Assembly: GCA_036393155.1 (NCBI GenBank)
Contig: DASVWP010000280.1
Span: 1 to 43,058 of the forward strand
From: Solirubrobacterales bacterium
GTDB lineage: Bacteria > Actinomycetota > Thermoleophilia > Solirubrobacterales > 70-9
Length of the DNA: 43,058 bases
Direction of reading: 5' to 3'
Shown: in pieces, positions 1 through 8,027 of the stretch
Position numbering within the stretch: position 1 is the stretch's first letter
Layout of the letters: each line of letters starts with the position of its first letter
The notes under the pieces: generated by a model
Database searches by the model: none
What the model saw: the letters and a program-made list of their open reading frames with translations, nothing else
Told to the model about the DNA's origin: nothing
Made by a program: the position numbers and the translations under genes

Positions 1-1
1 G

Positions 2-1558
2 CACCTGCCGCCGAGCATGCCGGGCATCTGGTTCGAGATCGAGCTGCGCCACGACGGCCGCTTCGTCCGCGGCGCCTCGATGCCAGGGATGCCAGGCATC
101 TACATGGGCCAGAACAACGACGTCTGCTGGACCTTCACCAACGTGATGGCCGACGTCCAGGACCTCTTCGTCGAGCGGGTGGAGGGAGACCGCTACCTGT
201 TCGAAGACGAGTGGCGGCCGCTCGAGCTGGTGCGCGAGGAGATCGCCGTCAAGGGCCGCGAGGAGCCGGAGGTGCTCGACGTCCGCCTCACCCACCACGG
301 GCCGATCGTCAACGAGGCGCTGGGCGCCGACGCAGCCGAGCCGCTGGCGCTGAGCTGGCAGACGCTCTCCGAACCGACCGCCTTCGCGGGGATGTTCGAG
401 CTGCTCGACATCTCCAGCGGCCGCGAGCTGGTCGCCAAGCTCGCCGACCACACCTCGCCCGCCTCCAACCTCGTCTGGGCCGACCGCCACGGCTCGATCG
501 GCTACAAGCTGATCGGCCGCCTGCCGCGCCGGCGCGGCGGCTGCCCGGACCTGCCGAAGCCGGGCTGGACGGGCGAGTTCGAGTGGGAGGGGACGGTGCC
601 CTATGAGGAGCTGCCGGAGGTCACCGACCCCGAGAGCGGCTTCCTGGTCACCGCCAACAACCGCATCGTCGGCGACGAGTACCCCCACCACATCACCAGC
701 GAATGGCTTGACGGCTTCCGCGCCAAGCGGATCGAGCAGCTGATCGCGGCGACGGACGAACACGACATCGAGAGCTTCGAGGCGATGCAGTCCGACAACC
801 TCTCGCTGCCCGGGCTGGAGGCGGCGCAGCGGCTGTGCCGGCTGCAGCCGCGGGGCCAGCGCGAGCGGGCGGCGATCGAGTGCCTGCGCAGCTGGGACGG
901 GCGGCTGGATCCCGAGACGGTCGCCGGCACGATCTACCAGGCCTTCCTGCTGCGCCTGGCGCGCGAGGTGGCGCGGGCGGCGATCGGCGACCGCGACCTC
1001 TGCGAGCGCTGGCTCGACCGCGCCGACAACGGCTTCACGCCGCACGTCACCTCGCCCTGGCGCTGGCACTCGCACCTGATGGGGCTCTGGGAGGAAGCCG
1101 ACGAGGAGCTGATCGGGCGGCCCTGGGACGAGCTCGCGCTCGAAGCTTTGGCCGGCGCCCTCGACGACCTCACCGACCGCTTCGGCCCCGACCAGCAGGG
1201 CTGGCGCTGGGGGCGGGTGCACGAGATGGAGTTCCCGCACCCGCTGGGCGAGGCCAACCCCCTGCTGCACCGCCTGCTCAACCGCAGCCTGCGCGCCGGC
1301 GGCGCGCAGGAGACCGTGAGCCAGATCGCCTACGACCCCAACGACCCCTACAAGGCCGTCTGGGCGCCGAGCTGGCGGATGGTCGCCGACCCGACCGACC
1401 CCGACCGCTCGCGCTGGCAGATGTTCACCGGCCAGTCGGGTCACCCGGCCAGCCCGCACTACGACGACCTGCAGCCGGACTGGCTCGACGGCCGCACCCA
1501 GCTGATGTGCGGCGAGGGGCCCTGGGCGGAGCTGGAGCTGGCGCCCCGCGCCGGCTAG
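2..1558 (+). CDS. Penicillin acylase / penicillin amidase family (Ntn-hydrolase, S45-like), 5'-truncated by the window edge
   Basis: The reading frame is open from base 2, so the M at 17 is internal. The long ORF has non-shadow composition and the overall sequence resembles penicillin/cephalosporin acylase beta-subunit regions (GYKLIGRLPRR, FLVTANNR, SWRMVADP, FTGQSGHPASPHYDD). Stop TAG at 1556-1558. Confidence 0.75.
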   Translation, partial: HLPPSMPGIWFEIELRHDGRFVRGASMPGMPGIYMGQNNDVCWTFTNVMADVQDLFVERVEGDRYLFEDEWRPLELVREEIAVKGREEPEVLDVRLTHHGPIVNEALGADAAEPLALSWQTLSEPTAFAGMFELLDISSGRELVAKLADHTSPASNLVWADRHGSIGYKLIGRLPRRRGGCPDLPKPGWTGEFEWEGTVPYEELPEVTDPESGFLVTANNRIVGDEYPHHITSEWLDGFRAKRIEQLIAATDEHDIESFEAMQSDNLSLPGLEAAQRLCRLQPRGQRERAAIECLRSWDGRLDPETVAGTIYQAFLLRLAREVARAAIGDRDLCERWLDRADNGFTPHVTSPWRWHSHLMGLWEEADEELIGRPWDELALEALAGALDDLTDRFGPDQQGWRWGRVHEMEFPHPLGEANPLLHRLLNRSLRAGGAQETVSQIAYDPNDPYKAVWAPSWRMVADPTDPDRSRWQMFTGQSGHPASPHYDDLQPDWLDGRTQLMCGEGPWAELELAPRAG

Positions 1559-1565
1559 CGAAGCG

Positions 1566-2357
1566 CTAGACGAGCGCCCGGTCGGCGGCGCCCTTGCGCC
1601 AGGCGACGCCGGTCCAGTCGATCCGCTCCAGCGAATCGTCGATGCCGTTGGCCAGGCGGAAGTCCTCGACCGCCGCCCGGCACTGGGCGAGCGCCCCGTA
1701 GTCGTCGATGACGACGTAGCCGCCGGGGGAGAGGTCGGGATAGAGGCTCTCCAGGGCGACCATCGTCGACTCGTACATGTCGCCGTCGAGGCGCAGCAGC
1801 GACCAGCGGCTGTCGCCCTTCAGCGGCGGCAGGGTGTCGCTGAACCAGCCCTTGAGGAAGCGGACCCGGTGGTCGAGAAGCTCATAGCGTTCGAAGGCGG
1901 CGCGGACTTCGGCTTCGGAGACGGCCAGGAAGTCGTAGGAGTGGTGGCGGTCGCCGGCGTCGGCGGGGAACTCCTCGGGCCGCGACTCCGGCAGGCCTTC
2001 GAAGGAGTCGGCGACCCAGACCTCGCGCTCCTCGGCGCCGAGCACGCGCAGGGTCGCCCGCATCAGGATCGAGGCGCCGCCCCGCCAGACGCCGGTCTCG
2101 ATCAGGTCGCCCTCGACCTCGTCGCGGACCACCGCTTCGACGCAGCGCTGCAGGTGGTCGAGCCGCCGCATGCCGACCATCGTCGTCCCGTTGAGCGGCC
2201 AGTCGCCGCCGGTTTCGCGCCGCTCGCGCATGCTGTCCGGGAGGATCGCCGCGGCGACCGAGCCGTCGGGCTGCAGCTCGGCGGAGAGGGTGTGGTAGCC
2301 GAGCAGGTCGCAGAGCGACTTCTTCAGCAGCTCCAGGTATGCGGCGCCAGCGTCCAT
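1566..2357 (-). CDS. TylF/macrocin-type SAM-dependent O-methyltransferase (paralog 1)
   Basis: The C-terminal 263 aa of ORF 1566..2765 begin at ATG 2357 (MDAGAAYLELLKK...). Family motifs are GDLIETGVWRGGA, LRLDGDMYEST and VVIDDYG. The upstream 136 aa of the ORF are Arg/Ala/Gly shadow sequence. It is highly similar to the 14256..15032 product. Confidence 0.85.
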   Translation of the reverse strand: MDAGAAYLELLKKSLCDLLGYHTLSAELQPDGSVAAAILPDSMRERRETGGDWPLNGTTMVGMRRLDHLQRCVEAVVRDEVEGDLIETGVWRGGASILMRATLRVLGAEEREVWVADSFEGLPESRPEEFPADAGDRHHSYDFLAVSEAEVRAAFERYELLDHRVRFLKGWFSDTLPPLKGDSRWSLLRLDGDMYESTMVALESLYPDLSPGGYVVIDDYGALAQCRAAVEDFRLANGIDDSLERIDWTGVAWRKGAADRALV

Positions 2358-2392
2358 CGGCGCCCCGGTATTCGTCGCGGGGTGCCGCTTCT

Positions 2393-3046
2393 TTAGCGAA
2401 CGTTGCCCGGCGCCTCGGCGCCGCGGGCCTGGGCGGCGCGCACCAGCCCGGCGATCTCCGGCCCGGCCTTCTGCGGCGAGCCGGCGTCGAAGGGCGGCTG
2501 GGGGTCGTACTCGATGCCCAGCTGGATCGCTTCGGCGACCTTCGGCCCCGCCTCGCGGCCGACCAGGTGCAGCGCCATGTCGATCCCGGCGGAGACGCCG
2601 GCGGCGGTGATCACCTTGCCGTCCTCGACGAAGCGGCCGATGACGGGCTCGGCGCCGTAGGAGCGCAGGCGCTCCAGCGAGAGCCAGTGGGTGGTGGCGC
2701 GCCGGCCCGCGAGCAGCCCGGCGGCGCCGAGCAGCAGCGAGCCGGTGCAGACCGAGGTCGTCCATTTGGTCGTCGCGTCGATCCGCCGCAGCCAGTCGAG
2801 GACGTCGTCGTCCTCGAGCACCGCGCCCTTGCCGGCGCCACCGGGGACGAGCAGGACGTCGGCCCGCTGGACGTCCTCCAGGGAATGGTCGGCGACCAGG
2901 GCCAGGGAGCCGCTCTCCGAGCGCACCTCTCCCTTGGCCGGGCCGACGGTGCGGATCCGCCAGCCGGGGGCGTTGCGGAAGACCTCGTAGGGCCCGATCG
3001 CGTCGAGCGGGGCGAGTTCGTCGTAGAGAAGCAGCGCGATTTCCAT
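2393..3046 (-). CDS. DJ-1/PfpI family protein (class I glutamine amidotransferase-like fold)
   Basis: Starts at ATG 3046 (MEIALLLYDE...). It has the nucleophile-elbow motif SVCTGSLLLGAAGLL and the motif ITAAGVSAGIDMAL. It is divergent from a GlxA-type regulator, which is a classic pairing. Confidence 0.85.
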   Translation of the reverse strand: MEIALLLYDELAPLDAIGPYEVFRNAPGWRIRTVGPAKGEVRSESGSLALVADHSLEDVQRADVLLVPGGAGKGAVLEDDDVLDWLRRIDATTKWTTSVCTGSLLLGAAGLLAGRRATTHWLSLERLRSYGAEPVIGRFVEDGKVITAAGVSAGIDMALHLVGREAGPKVAEAIQLGIEYDPQPPFDAGSPQKAGPEIAGLVRAAQARGAEAPGNVR

Positions 3047-3083
3047 GCGCCGATCATCCCGCCGCCCCGACCCCCGATCCAGA

Positions 3084-3116
3084 GGCAGGAATGCCAATGT
3101 TCGCTAGATTCCTGCC
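3084..3116 (+). promoter_or_regulatory. Perfect 9-bp inverted repeat (GGCAGGAAT-N15-ATTCCTGCC) overlapping a TAGATT -10-like box directly upstream of the regulator ATG
   Basis: The arms lie at 3084-3092 and 3108-3116. TAGATT is at 3105-3110, 6 nt before ATG 3117. The site sits in the 70-bp divergent DJ-1/GlxA intergenic region, so it is a candidate auto-operator. Confidence 0.4.
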
Positions 3117-4094
3117 ATGGGTCGGCACCGGGTGGTCGCGCTTTGCCTCGACGGCGTCGTCGCCTTCGACTTGACCGCGCCGGCGCAGGTCTTCGGCAGC
3201 GCCCTGGACACGGAGCTGAGGCCGCTCTACGAATTCCGCACCTGCTCGGTCGATGGGGAGGAGGTGCGCACGACCAGCGGCTTCGGCCTGCGGCCGCACG
3301 GCGGCCTGGAGGCGATGGCCGACGCCGAAACCGTCGTCGTCCCCGGCTACTTCGCGATCTTCTCGCCGCCCCCGGCCGAGGCGCTCGCCGCCTTGCGAAA
3401 CGCCGCCGAGCGCGGCGCCCGCGTGCTCTCGGTCTGCACCGGCGCCTTCGCGCTCGCCCACGCGGGGCTGCTCGACGGCCGCCGCGCCACCACGCACTGG
3501 CTCTGGGCCGGGGAGCTGGCCGCGCGATTCCCGGCCGTCTCGGTGGACGCCGAGGCGCTGTTCGTCGACGAAGGCGCGGTCCTCACCTCGGCCGGGCTCA
3601 GCGCCGGCATCGACCTCGGCCTGCACGTGGTCCGCCGCGACTTCGGCGCCGCGGCGGGGGAGCGGGTCGCCCGGCACATGGTCGCGGCGCCGCACCGCGA
3701 GGGCGGTCAGGCGCAGTTCTTCAAACCCGAGGTGGCGGCCGCGGGCGGCTCCCTGGAGGAGACCCGCCGTTGGGCCGAGGCGCGGCTCGCCGAGCCGCTG
3801 GACGTCGCCACCATGGCCCGCCACGCCGGGGTCAGCCCGCGCACCTTCGCCCGTCGCTTCCGCGAGGAGACCGGGACGACGCCGCTGCAGTGGCTGCTCG
3901 GGCGCCGGGTGCTGGAGGCGCGGCGGTTGCTCGAGGATTCCGACCTGCCGGTCGAGACGGTCGCCTGGCGCGCCGGCTTCGGCAACGCCGCCTCGCTGCG
4001 CGACCACTTCCGCCGTGCCACCGCGACCACCCCGACCGCCTATCGCCGGGCATTCCAGCCTCAGGCCGGCGGTGCTTCCCGGCCGCTCGCGTAG
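3117..4094 (+). CDS. GlxA-family transcriptional regulator (N-terminal DJ-1/PfpI-like domain plus C-terminal AraC-type HTH)
   Basis: The N-terminal domain carries SVCTGAFALAHAGLLDGRRATTHW. The C-terminal AraC HTH reads GVSPRTFARRFREETGTTPLQWLL...AGFGNAASLRDHFRR. Confidence 0.85.
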   Translation: MGRHRVVALCLDGVVAFDLTAPAQVFGSALDTELRPLYEFRTCSVDGEEVRTTSGFGLRPHGGLEAMADAETVVVPGYFAIFSPPPAEALAALRNAAERGARVLSVCTGAFALAHAGLLDGRRATTHWLWAGELAARFPAVSVDAEALFVDEGAVLTSAGLSAGIDLGLHVVRRDFGAAAGERVARHMVAAPHREGGQAQFFKPEVAAAGGSLEETRRWAEARLAEPLDVATMARHAGVSPRTFARRFREETGTTPLQWLLGRRVLEARRLLEDSDLPVETVAWRAGFGNAASLRDHFRRATATTPTAYRRAFQPQAGGASRPLA

Positions 4095-4095
4095 A

Positions 4096-4572
4096 GTGAT
4101 CGTGGTGAGCCGGCGCGACCAGATCCAGCTCAGCGAAGCCAAGCTGCTGGAGCTGCTGGAGAGCGAGCGGATCGCCGTCGTCTCCAGCCTCGGCCCGCGG
4201 GGCTGGCCGCACTCGATGCCCCTCTGGTTCGTCTCCCGAGAGGGCGAGGTCTGGATCTGGACCTACGCGAAGTCGCAGAAGGTCCGCAACCTCGAACGCG
4301 ATCCTCGCGCCACCGTCCTGGTCGAGGCCGGGCACGACTATTCCGAGCTGCGCGGAGCGATGATCGAGGCCGAGGCGGAGCTGCACCACGATCTCGGGAC
4401 GAAGCTCGCCTTCGCCGAAGAACTGACCCTTCGGTACGCCGATGGTCTAACCTCGCTCGGCGACGACGCCCGGGCAGGCCTTGAAGCCCAGGCGCCGAAA
4501 CGGGTCGCCATCCGGTTCAAGCCGGTCCGCACCGCGACCTGGGATCACCGCAAGCTCGGCGGCACCTACTGA
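4096..4572 (+). CDS. Pyridoxamine 5'-phosphate oxidase family protein (FMN/F420-binding split beta-barrel)
   Basis: This is the C-terminal in-frame part of ORF 3253..4572. GTG codons occur at 4096, 4102 and 4105, just after the upstream TAG (4092-4094). The sequence is typical of the PPOX class (GPRGWPHSMPLWF, VRNLERDPRATVLVE). The exact start is uncertain. Confidence 0.65.
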   Translation: MIVVSRRDQIQLSEAKLLELLESERIAVVSSLGPRGWPHSMPLWFVSREGEVWIWTYAKSQKVRNLERDPRATVLVEAGHDYSELRGAMIEAEAELHHDLGTKLAFAEELTLRYADGLTSLGDDARAGLEAQAPKRVAIRFKPVRTATWDHRKLGGTY

Positions 4573-4631
4573 GCTCGGTGACATCTCCGCTACATGTTCG
4601 CCGCCGCCGTGTTGCAGACTGACCCGCCCGC

Positions 4632-4637
4632 TACCGT
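4632..4637 (+). promoter_or_regulatory. -10-like TACCGT hexamer 9 nt upstream of ATG 4647
   Basis: It matches TANNNT and belongs to the recurrent pattern described in the findings. Confidence 0.35.
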
Positions 4638-4646
4638 CCCGGAGCC

Positions 4647-5771
4647 ATGAAAAGACTTTTCCCGACCACTCTGATCGCTGTCGTCGCGCTGCTCGCGACC
4701 CTGCTCTTCGCCACCCAGCAGGGCGACGCCAAAACCGTCTTCCACGCGCCGAGGAACTTCTTCGGCATCACTCCCCAGACCGGGGTCACGCCCCAGGAAG
4801 CCCGCTGGATGAAGGCCGGGGGGATCGGCGCGATCCGCCTCTCGCTGCCCTGGGCCTCGATTCAGCCGACGCCGAACGGCAAGTACAACTGGAGCGGCTT
4901 CGACTCGGCCCTCGAAACCGCTTCCCGCGCCGGTCTGGAAGTCCTGCCCTCGATCGGCTCGCCGCCCCGCTGGGCGACGCGCAGGGAACAGACGATGCCG
5001 ATCGACAGCGCACGGGCGCGCAACGGCTGGACCGCCTTCCTGAAGGCCGCGGTCAAGCGCTACGGGCCGGGCGGGGAATTCTGGGCCGAACACGCCACCG
5101 AAGGGGTCAACTACGAACCGGCGATCACGCGCCCGATCCCGATCCGCCAGTGGCAGATCTGGAACGAGTCGAATTTCTTCTACTTCGCCTACCCGGTCTC
5201 ACCGCACCGCTATGGCAAGCTGGTGACGATCTCCAGCCAGGCGATCAAAAGCGTCGACCCGGGCGCCAAGGTGGTGCTGTCGGGGCTGTTCGGCCAGCCC
5301 ACCGCGAGCGGTAAGAAAGGGATGCCGGCGGCGACCTTCCTGCGGCAGCTCTACCGCTATCCCGGCATCAAGGCGCGCTTCGACGGGGTTTCGCTGCACC
5401 CCTACGCGGTCGACGCCGAAACGCTCGAAGAACTGGTCGAAGAATTCCACGAAGTCAGCGTCGAAAACCACGACCGGCCGGGCTTCTACATCACCGAGAT
5501 GGGCTGGGGCTCGCAGAACGACTTCCAGCACGACGCTTTCGAGCAGGGGATCCAGGGGCAGGCCCGGGAGCTGCGGGAATCGTATGAATTCCTGCTCAGC
5601 AACCAGCACAGGCTGAACCTCAAGCAGGTCTACTGGTTCTCCTGGAAAGACGCCAAGGGGCTCTGCGACTTCTGCGACTCGGTCGGCCTGTTCCGCGAAG
5701 GCACGCGGTTCAAGCCGAAGCCCGCATGGCGAGCTCTGGTGTCGCTGACCGGTGGCCGCGCGCGCCCCTGA
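4647..5771 (+). CDS. Secreted clan GH-A-like (beta/alpha)8 glycoside hydrolase, family unassigned (paralog 1, 374 aa)
   Basis: It has an N-terminal signal-like segment (MKRLFPTTLIAVVALLATLLFA). WQIWNESNF is a candidate acid/base Asn-Glu motif and ITEMGWGS is a candidate nucleophile Glu motif. A C-terminal CDFC motif is present. It is a paralog of 41904..43028. Confidence 0.65.
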   Translation: MKRLFPTTLIAVVALLATLLFATQQGDAKTVFHAPRNFFGITPQTGVTPQEARWMKAGGIGAIRLSLPWASIQPTPNGKYNWSGFDSALETASRAGLEVLPSIGSPPRWATRREQTMPIDSARARNGWTAFLKAAVKRYGPGGEFWAEHATEGVNYEPAITRPIPIRQWQIWNESNFFYFAYPVSPHRYGKLVTISSQAIKSVDPGAKVVLSGLFGQPTASGKKGMPAATFLRQLYRYPGIKARFDGVSLHPYAVDAETLEELVEEFHEVSVENHDRPGFYITEMGWGSQNDFQHDAFEQGIQGQARELRESYEFLLSNQHRLNLKQVYWFSWKDAKGLCDFCDSVGLFREGTRFKPKPAWRALVSLTGGRARP

Positions 5772-7404
5772 GGGGCGGGGCCGCTGGGCGGCGCTGATTC
5801 TGCTCCTGGGCGCCGCCGCGATCGCGGCGGCGCTCCTGCTGTCCTTTTCCTCCGGGCTGGCGCCCTTCCAGGACAGCTGGGAGTTCCTGATGCACCGGCG
5901 CGACCCCTCGGTCAGCGCCTACCTGGACCCCCACAACGAGCACATCGTGCTGATCCCGGTGGCGATCGAGCAGCTGGTGCTGCGGCTTTTCGGGATGGGT
6001 TCGACGACGCCCGAATTCGTCGTCCTCACGGCGCTCCTGCTCGCTGTCGCGGTTCTGCTCTTCGTCTACGTGGAGCGCCGTCTCGGCCCCTGGCCTGCGC
6101 TGATGGCGGCGGTGGCGATGCTCTTCCTCGGCCCGGCATGGCAGGACCTGCTGTGGCCCTTTCAGATCGGGTTCGTCGGCTCGGCGCTCTTCGGGATCGC
6201 GATGCTGCTGGCGCTGGAAGCCGAAAGCGAGCGGGGCGACCTCGCAGCCTGTGTCCTCCTGGCGATCTCGATCGGGTTCTCCAGCCTCGGCCTCCCCTTC
6301 GCCGTGGCCGCCGCGGTCGACGTGCTGCAGCGCCGACGCCCCCGGGGCCTGAGGCGGGCCTACCTCGTGGCGGCGCCGGTGCTGCTCTACGCGGTCTGGT
6401 ACCTCGGCTGGGGCCAGGACGCCGAAAGCCACCTCACCGCCCACCACGTCCTCGTCTCGCCGCGCTACGTGGCCGAAGGGCTGCGGGCCTCCGTCGACGC
6501 CCTGCTCGCCCTGGCGACGATCTTCAACGAAGCGGTCGGCCGCTCGAACTGGGGCTGGGTGGCGCTCGCGGCGGTGGTCGCCGGCCTCGCCTGGGCGACG
6601 ATCCGTCGCGGCAGCGTCCCATCGCGGGCCTGGCCCTCGCTGGCGGCGATGGCCGCCTTCTGGTTTCTCGCCGCCTTCAGCACGATGCCCGGTCGCGAGG
6701 CCTACTCGAGCCGCTACCTCTACGTCGGCGCGCTCTTCGTCCTCCTGGTCGCTGCCGACCTGCTCGCCGGCCTGCGCGCCCGCCGCTTGATCCTGGTGGC
6801 AGGCGGTGCGGTCGCGGTGGCGGTGGCCGTCCTCAACCTGCAGCCGCTGCGCGAAGGGCGCGACTTCTTCAAGTCCCAGACCGTGCTGACCAAGGCCGAT
6901 CTGGGGGCGATCGAGATCGCCCGGCGAACGGTCGAGCCGGGCTTCACCCTGCCGCCTGAAATCGCCGGCACCCCGTTCCTCAACGAAATCGAAGCCGGCG
7001 AGTACCTGCGGGCGGTGGACGAATACGGCTCGCCCGCCTACACCGCCTCAGAGCTGACCGCCGCTCCGGAGACCGGACGTCTGCAGGCGGACGTCGTGCT
7101 CGCCAACGCCCTGCCGGTGACGATCGAAGAAGGCGGCGCCGCAGCTCACCTTGGGGGTCCGGGGTGTCGCCGGCAGGGCGGGTCGTTTCCCGCATCTGGG
7201 CCGCTCCCACCGGGAACCACCGAGGTCCACTTCCTCCCGGGCCCACCCGGGACGATCGGCCTGCGTCGCTTCGCCGCTTCCGACGCGCTGGCGGACGAAG
7301 GTCTCGCCGGAGGCTCCACGACCGCGCTCGTGCTTCCCCGCGACCTCTCGCACCGACCCTGGCTGCTGCGGGTCGGCGGCGTCGAGGCGCTGGTCTGCCA
7401 TTAG
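5752..7404 (+). CDS. Uncharacterised polytopic membrane protein, family A paralog 1 (550 aa), GT-C-like architecture
   Basis: GTG start at 5752 overlaps the upstream gene by 20 nt. It has multiple hydrophobic helices followed by a C-terminal non-hydrophobic domain of about 170 aa. It shares motifs with 21517..23169 and 27176..28831: FQD(S/T)W.FL, PHNEH, LWPF(Q/E)I, GWG..AE.HLT.H, PGREA, GSPAY, and a C-terminal VC(H/R). Confidence 0.75.
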   Translation: MAARAPEGRGRWAALILLLGAAAIAAALLLSFSSGLAPFQDSWEFLMHRRDPSVSAYLDPHNEHIVLIPVAIEQLVLRLFGMGSTTPEFVVLTALLLAVAVLLFVYVERRLGPWPALMAAVAMLFLGPAWQDLLWPFQIGFVGSALFGIAMLLALEAESERGDLAACVLLAISIGFSSLGLPFAVAAAVDVLQRRRPRGLRRAYLVAAPVLLYAVWYLGWGQDAESHLTAHHVLVSPRYVAEGLRASVDALLALATIFNEAVGRSNWGWVALAAVVAGLAWATIRRGSVPSRAWPSLAAMAAFWFLAAFSTMPGREAYSSRYLYVGALFVLLVAADLLAGLRARRLILVAGGAVAVAVAVLNLQPLREGRDFFKSQTVLTKADLGAIEIARRTVEPGFTLPPEIAGTPFLNEIEAGEYLRAVDEYGSPAYTASELTAAPETGRLQADVVLANALPVTIEEGGAAAHLGGPGCRRQGGSFPASGPLPPGTTEVHFLPGPPGTIGLRRFAASDALADEGLAGGSTTALVLPRDLSHRPWLLRVGGVEALVCH

Positions 7405-8027
7405 GAGACGGGACTCAGGTCGCTGCCGATCGTCAGCCGCCTCAGGGGCGGCACCGTCGCGGCCTCGATCGCCACGGCGCCGGCGAACCCGGGTCGCATC
7501 TCCAGGTCGGCGACCGCGGCGCTGCGGCCGGCCGGAGCGCTTGCGAGGCCGACGCCGAGGCACTTGCCGAGCGCCTCGCGCCTTGCCCAGGCCGCGTAGA
7601 AGACCTCTGGCTGGGAGTCGGCGGAGGCGCTCCGCAGCGCCTCGATCTCCCCGGGGTCGAGCATCCGCCGGGCCAGCGCCTCGAAGTCCCGCTCGGGGTC
7701 GATCCACTCGACGTCGACGCCGACCTCGCGCTCCGAGGCGACCGCGACCAGCCCCAGGCCGTGGGAGTGGCTGAGGTTGAAGCGCAATCCCGCCACCGGA
7801 TCGGCCAGGCGCGGCTTGCCGCCGTCATCGACCCGCAGCTCGACCGCCGCCGGCTCGCTGCCCAGGTAGCCGGCGAGGATGCCGCGCAGCGCCCAGCGCG
7901 CGGCCGTCCAGCGCCGTTGCGAGAGCGGCCGCAGCTGGCGCTCGGTGCGCGCGCGCTCCTCCTCCGGCAGCTCCTCCTGGGGCGGCCAGCCCGTCGCGTC
8001 CAGGTTGGCTTCCCAGATGTCGAGCAC
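7401..8027 (-). CDS. 4'-phosphopantetheinyl transferase, Sfp-type
   Basis: GTG start at 8027 lies directly after the upstream TAA (junction TAAGTG). Motifs are GKPRL, FNLSHSHG, GVDVE and W.RREALGK. Confidence 0.8.
   Translation of the reverse strand: MLDIWEANLDATGWPPQEELPEEERARTERQLRPLSQRRWTAARWALRGILAGYLGSEPAAVELRVDDGGKPRLADPVAGLRFNLSHSHGLGLVAVASEREVGVDVEWIDPERDFEALARRMLDPGEIEALRSASADSQPEVFYAAWARREALGKCLGVGLASAPAGRSAAVADLEMRPGFAGAVAIEAATVPPLRRLTIGSDLSPVS

Noticed and set aside
2358-2765. 136-aa N-terminal extension of the TylF-like ORF 1566..2765
   Set aside because: It is Arg-rich shadow sequence overlapping the DJ-1 gene. The paralog at 14256..15032 begins at the residue homologous to ATG 2357.
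2339-4142. Long ORFs 2339..4099 (+, 586 aa) and 3054..4142 (-, 362 aa) overlapping the DJ-1 and GlxA genes
   Set aside because: They have the Arg/Ala/Gly/Pro-dominated composition typical of out-of-frame or antisense shadow ORFs in GC-rich DNA. They have no recognisable motifs, and they overlap two genes that have clear family signatures.
7401-8027. Taking the PPTase as evidence for a PKS/NRPS or lipoglycan-acylation system in this window
   Set aside because: No carrier protein, synthase, acyl-AMP ligase or acyltransferase gene is present in the window. The link remains an open question rather than a supported call.
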